Assembly: GCA_032718475.1 (NCBI GenBank)
Contig: JAUCBJ010009088.1
Location: forward strand, 102,262-166,261
Length of the DNA: 64,000 nt
Reading direction: 5' to 3'
Origin: Nemertoderma westbladi
Lineage: Eukaryota; Animalia; Xenacoelomorpha
Made by a program: the position numbers and the translations under genes. Below the pieces are notes generated by a model. The model worked only from the letters and a program-made list of their open reading frames with translations. It did not search any database and was not told where the DNA came from. How positions within the stretch are numbered: position 1 is the stretch's first letter; every line of letters begins with the position of its first letter. Below, piece by piece: positions 60,505-64,000 of the stretch.

Positions 60505-63500
60505 AGTTTCGGTGGTTGTTCCAGTTCGATTGCAGGATCGTGTTGCGAGTCACGGTCTCAAGAGTTCGTCTTGAGACGCTGGGTCACCAATGTGGCGATG
60601 ACGTCCAGCCACGAAACGAAAACGTATATAACTCAAGTTCGAGTGATTGCTGAAGGCATACTGCAGTACCGTGGTACAATTCTGTAAGTCGGCCTAGACT
60701 TCATCTCTAGGGTTGCTAGGCGACCGTAATAACAAAGTTTCTGAGACTGTACAATGTATGTGGGGCTGCCACAACGCATTAATTGTATCTCCCAGTGTTC
60801 CCAATTGGGAGCATTTTTTAAAATTCAACTGGAGGAAATATAATATAGGCTTTTTGTCACCGCAAAGGGGTAGAACTAAGGCAAAAATAATTAATTTTAT
60901 CAAAAATATGTTTGCATTTCGGTTTTTTATTTTCATTATTGACCCATAGTTCCTTCCTTGTGCGATAACATCGTATTCAGACTTGTACTATTACTGGTAA
61001 CCGTTAATTACCTATGGTACAGTATATCTTATTATACTTATACATCGAAGCAGAAACAAGAAGCTAGTTTTCCCCCAACGTCCAGGTCAGAAACATCCGT
61101 CCCCAACAGAACCAGTTAAACAGACCCCTAACCAACAAACTAATATCACCCGCTCGGTGACCTGTCGCCCGTTTACTCTAAGTTCTGACTGGTTACCGTG
61201 ACAGGGGGGGGGGGGGGGGAGCTTTCGTAGCAATTAAAATTTACCGCCATCCAGTAGAAAATCGTCGCAAATAACAGCTGATTACTCCCAAAAACAAAAC
61301 TGTAACCTGTTTTATTGACTTTATTTTATTGTTTTGGTTATAATAGCGTGCCACTGTAATCTGCTCCTTTCCCCTAATTGATAATTGAACATTGAGACAA
61401 TATATTAATTGAATATTATTTATATTAACCTATCAACTGCGCTTGACAACTATTTGTGAGTGATTTGAAATTTAAAAGTTCCTGAAACGGCCTGATATTT
61501 CGATATTGCTAATTTTGGGTTTGAAAAATCCCTATAAACGGTTATAAACTATAAACTCTATAAACTATATTCTGTATAAACCGATAAACTATAATAGCAA
61601 TATTATTATTTTTTAAGTATTTTTGAATAATGTCGAATATGCTGCAGTAGTTAATGATTCACTGACGAACAAAAATTAGACCTCTGCGACCTTTTGACCA
61701 CAATTATTATTATTGAAAGTTACTAATAATAAGACAATAATAATAATTGAATTATTACTATTATTCTTACGTTAATTGTCCTCTTTCAAAAAATATCCCT
61801 TGTTTTGCGTATGTCTACATGGATCCAAAGATTTAGAAACAGTTGAATTTGAAAATAAATCGTATCTAAATATCGGCATATTTATTACTATACTAAAGCC
61901 TTTATGGTAAATAAAACATATAAATTGGAGAGATACGCCTATTCCTACTATCGGAAGAGACGGTAACAATACCTGCAATATCCTACTGTAAAGTTTGTAA
62001 ATCAAATCATAAATCCGACCTTCTCACCAAAACAGTAAACCCTAAGTAAGCGAATATATTGCAGTATCGATCTCTTTTAACCGGTGAGGCAGAAAACAGT
62101 CTACGAGCAGACAAACTTCGATAAAACAAAATCCCGCGCAGCGAATCCTAAAATCAGGCTGACTCACTGACGGACTAAGAGGCTCGTATACTTTGCCGCG
62201 GTGTGATTTATATGGTTGGGCAAAGGGACGCTAGCTAGGTATAGAGCAGATTTGGAGATGGCTAACTAGCGAGCAAAGTGCAGTAAGGACGAAAGTTAAT
62301 TTTATATATTTCGAGGTGTAAATAATTTCTAACGCGCGTGTGTTAATTCTGAACGGTCAAAGCAGTTTTGCTCCTTCACATATATAATTACTGGGTACGG
62401 TGTGCATTTTACGAATATTCTAATTTTATAACTTGTAGGTCCAATACTCACGAATGATAAGGTTCCTTCCCCTCTTGCGTATTTCCAGGACTCAAATTCA
62501 GGCATAAGGTTAATACTACGCCCAGAATTCGGCAATTTTAGGTACCAGGTCCCTGATACTAAGAAGAGATGTGTTAGTTTACTACTGTAGGCGTACGGGT
62601 ACTAATAGCTATCCTGGCTCCTATCTAGAATTTTAGTCACCCAGGTAGTCCAGGTAACTTCCTATTAGGGCGTTGGCGGGGACACGGTAGATGTTAGTAT
62701 ATCCCTGATAGCCTCAATTTATTTGCGCCTAGCGTAAACTGCCCTACCGCCTGAACGGTACAATCCCAATTCAGGTGAAAACACAGCAACCCCCTAGCCT
62801 ACAAGTTCTGATGTAATAGACACGGTCGTACGGTAAATAGTCGCACACACACCTGTACTTAGCAAGAGTTAAGCGTACAGTTTGCTGCACCCTAACCAAT
62901 GTGTATGCCTTGTACCGGTGTGCCTACGTCCTATCTGCGTACTAGTATCTGCTCTCTCTCCTCCCCCCCCCCGTAGGAATATGAAGGTCTACTGCGGTTT
63001 TCCCTGAATCAAGACAGTACAGTCCCTATGATGTAATTTTTGGGCTTACAGCGTGTCACTACGTCTACCTTTGATCTTTTGGTCTTATACTTAGGTAGCA
63101 AGGATCGAACGCTGTCTAACCTTTCAGGCGATGGGCGAATAACTTTAAATGGTATTGCGGGTCGTCTCTCGTCTACATTCCTGTGATGTTCCCGTTCATT
63201 GCTGCGGCCCGATCTCTAGCTGGCCATCCTGTCCCTGAGTTTGTTCACCGTAGTGAAACCATATTAAAACAGATAGAAAGGCTGAGAGATGTGACTAGTA
63301 TTTCTGACTTTATTACAAAACATATAATAACTATTATACAATAAACAATGTAATCTGAAATAAGACAGAAAGTGAATGATGGAAATTGAAGTGATTGAGA
63401 TTGAGATAACTAATGAACGAATCGCACCTTTATATACTAAATTTGTGCTGCAATCAATCGAGAAAATTCTCGATTGTTCTATGGGTTCTAACAAGGTTTT

Positions 63501-63649
63501 AAAGATAGCTTATTGGTCCAGCTAATATATAACTTGCACGACATTGGTTACAATCAAATAACTACAGCCTTATTGGTACAGACAAATGCAATTAATTTGT
63601 AGCGGTTAATTTAAATGAGTTGAAATTCTGCACAAAAAATAATTCGCAC

Positions 63650-63720
63650 TTACTAGGATTCGAACTCGATACCTACTACACATATAATTTTCAACGCTCT
63701 ACCAACTGAGCTACTGAACC
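63650..63720 (-). mobile_element. tRNA-derived SINE head or tRNA pseudogene
   Basis: A box TAGCTCAGTTGGTAGAGC and B box GAGTTCGAATCC; no proper anticodon or acceptor stems. Confidence 0.65.
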
Positions 63721-64000
63721 ACTTGACCGATAGATGCATAATAGATAGAACCAATACTAATGAGAACTCAAAGCAATCTTTACAAAGTTAATTCGAATAA
63801 AATAAAATTTTGAAAATCCACGGCATTTAGGGAATATAATTCTATACCGCTCCATGAAAACAGGATATTATCGTGCATAAAATATACGGTTTTCACCAAT
63901 AATCAATCAAACTATAGAATACTTAGGGCGTACTTACATATTTACAATTAAGTTTCAAACAATACTTCCTTTCTACGTAATGATTCGATACAAAACTAAT

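Larger units (their letters stand above)
56459..60773 (-). mobile_element. Full-length young Ty3/Gypsy element, CsRN1/Kabuki lineage
   Basis: 183-bp LTRs (56459-56641, 60591-60773) with one difference seen; TSD ACGC; PBS TGGTGACCC (tRNA-Trp-like); G-rich PPT; CHCC Gag motif. Confidence 0.95.

Noticed and set aside
56747-60687. Many overlapping and antisense ORFs within the Gypsy element
   Set aside because: Expected shadow ORFs of GC-rich coding sequence
62000-63400. Possible LTR/leader remnant (TGGCCAG PBS-like on the minus strand near 63226)
   Set aside because: No second LTR, TSD or recognisable coding motif in the window

Overview
Eukaryotic, AT-rich, repeat-dense window, probably from an invertebrate animal and possibly heterochromatic or subtelomeric. 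It contains no clearly intact host gene. The only host-like locus is a multiply frameshifted type II membrane fibrinogen-related (FReD) gene at 11.0-13.4 kb. The rest is nested mobile DNA and satellites: a CRE-clade non-LTR fragment, an RTE-like LINE inside a 44-bp satellite (itself interrupted by a TTAA MITE), foldback MITEs, a ~780-bp hairpin-rich satellite array (15.2-44.0 kb, one assembly gap), a second decayed BEL/Pao element, an APE-RT LINE and a young GC-rich CsRN1/Kabuki-type Gypsy element. The most interesting system is a young 12.5-kb BEL/Pao element (17353-29834) inserted in the 780-bp array. It has no tRNA primer-binding site; instead the 13 nt next to its 5' LTR are perfectly complementary to a segment inside the LTR, the geometry of Tf1-type self-priming. 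It keeps one 1518-aa Gag-protease ORF with RT and integrase deleted in frame and carries an extra zinc-knuckle gene. Two more related LTRs sit in or beside the same satellite. All calls were made by eye without database searches.
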